A DNA stretch of 58,859 nt, counting the filler, from Jimgerdemannia flammicorona (Eukaryota), in assembly GCA_003990765.1 (NCBI GenBank). It is 3 parts of 3 records of this genome, joined end to end, with 100 filler letters (N's around TTAATTAATTAA, not from the genome) between each part and the next. Parts side by side here need not be neighbours in the genome. Positions count along the whole stretch, not along the records: positions 39,311 to 58,859 come from RBNJ01001914.1; 2 more parts are not named here. One strand, 5' to 3'. The notes under the pieces are model-generated. The model was given only the letters and a program-made list of their open reading frames with translations. It did no database searches and was not told where the DNA came from. The position numbers and the translations under genes were made by a program. How positions within the stretch are numbered: the stretch's first letter is position 1; the number at the start of each line of letters is the position of its first letter. Below, one piece after another: positions 57,673 through 58,859 of the stretch.

Positions 57673-58859
57673 TCTTCAGAGACCTCAGGGGTCTCAGAAG
57701 TAAAGGCTTCAGAGGTAGTCTAAGAGGTAGCTTTAGGTTCAATCTTTGAGATAAATTGCTTAATTACTTCTTCAATCTACTTTTTCTTCTTCTTATATTT
57801 ATTATCAGTAGTATTTCTAAATAAATCAATAGAATCAAATTGAGTTCAAATTGAATTGAGATCCATTTCATATTGTTTTAATTGAATTGAGGTCTAATTT
57901 GATTCAAAATTGAAAATCAAACTTTGAAATATAATAACTTAATAAAAACATGTCCAAATTTAATAAATATTAGCTTATTGAATTTGTCTTGATACAGCAA
58001 ATCCAATACATCAAAGGTCATTAAATTTGGATATGTTTTCATCAAGTTATTGAATTTCAAAAAATTTAGATTTGAAATTTAAAATTGGTGATTTGATATA
58101 TTAATTATTTATTTGTTATTCAAATACATAGCAATACAATACATTCAGCACTTATGACACTTGCCTGATACATTCCACTCACCTGATATTAAGTATCTAG
58201 CTGTATACCTGGCTATAGTAATAGTCAATTAATAGGAATTATTATAAGAACATTTTCTTAAACATTGATCAGAAGTCAATCAGTTCAACTTCTGACAAAT
58301 GTTAGTGAGGATACTACAAGTCTTCCTATATCATCTGTAATTATTACAACTGGTCTGAGGATAGCCTCTTGGCTTTAGGGTTACTGGGATGACTGGAGCT
58401 AGAGTGGCTAGAACAACTAGGACTGGGGGGGCTAGAGTGACAACCAGGGCAAGGATGATGACCAGGGCTAGTGGAGTGACTGGGGTAGCTAGAAGGGTCA
58501 GGGCAATAGCTGAGATAAATTGCTCAATCATTTATTAAATATTTTCTTTTTCTTTTTATATTTATCTTGAGTAGTATCAATTCTATCTATCACTACTCAA
58601 ATGGATATCTTGCTAATTGCATGGTTCATATCTTCAAAATAATTTGATTGATAGTTGAGATAAGTTTGAATATTCATTTTATTTTATTTTTATTAGAATT
58701 TATTTTTTTAATAAACATGATAGCTTTTTTTTTTATTTTTTTTTATTTTTTTTTATAGTCACTTGGACTCCATCCTTTATTAACTAATACACCAGTCTAG
58801 CTTCTATATAATACACAGTACCCCACCCCTACCCAATTCCCCTAGGGGCACCTCTCCCC

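Overview
Eukaryotic, almost certainly fungal, DNA. The intron-rich genes and a full-length DmX-type RAV1 suggest an early-diverging Mucoromycota-like fungus (inference). The window is three separate contigs of about 19.55 kb (1-19558, 19659-39210, 39311-58859) joined by artificial 100-nt N/TTAATTAATTAA spacers, so adjacency across spacers is not biological. Contig 1 is a decayed hAT DNA transposon (BED finger, DDE, hATC, a divergent second gene and a twin-hairpin region) with a 12.3-kb Ty3/Gypsy element (A, 2.2-kb LTRs) inserted in its right end. Contig 2 holds four spliced housekeeping genes: UTP12/DIP2 (partial), KU80, TTI2 and RAV1/DMXL-like. Contig 3 is a nest of Ty3/Gypsy elements (B complete, C truncated, D heavily mutated) plus DNA-transposon-like relics. 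The main novelty is the architecture of the A/B/C lineage. Gag-protease-Cys motif-dUTPase-RT-RNase H is one ancestral frame. In A and B integrase is a separate ORF starting M-N-x-E-L whose ATG overlaps or abuts the RNase H stop (ATGA in A, ATGaaTAA in B). A homologous unknown accessory ORF follows; it is stop/start-coupled to integrase in B and captured inside the LTR in A. Element A also carries an F-box-like motif and a second dUTPase-like domain in its polyprotein. All repeats show strong C>T/G>A decay.
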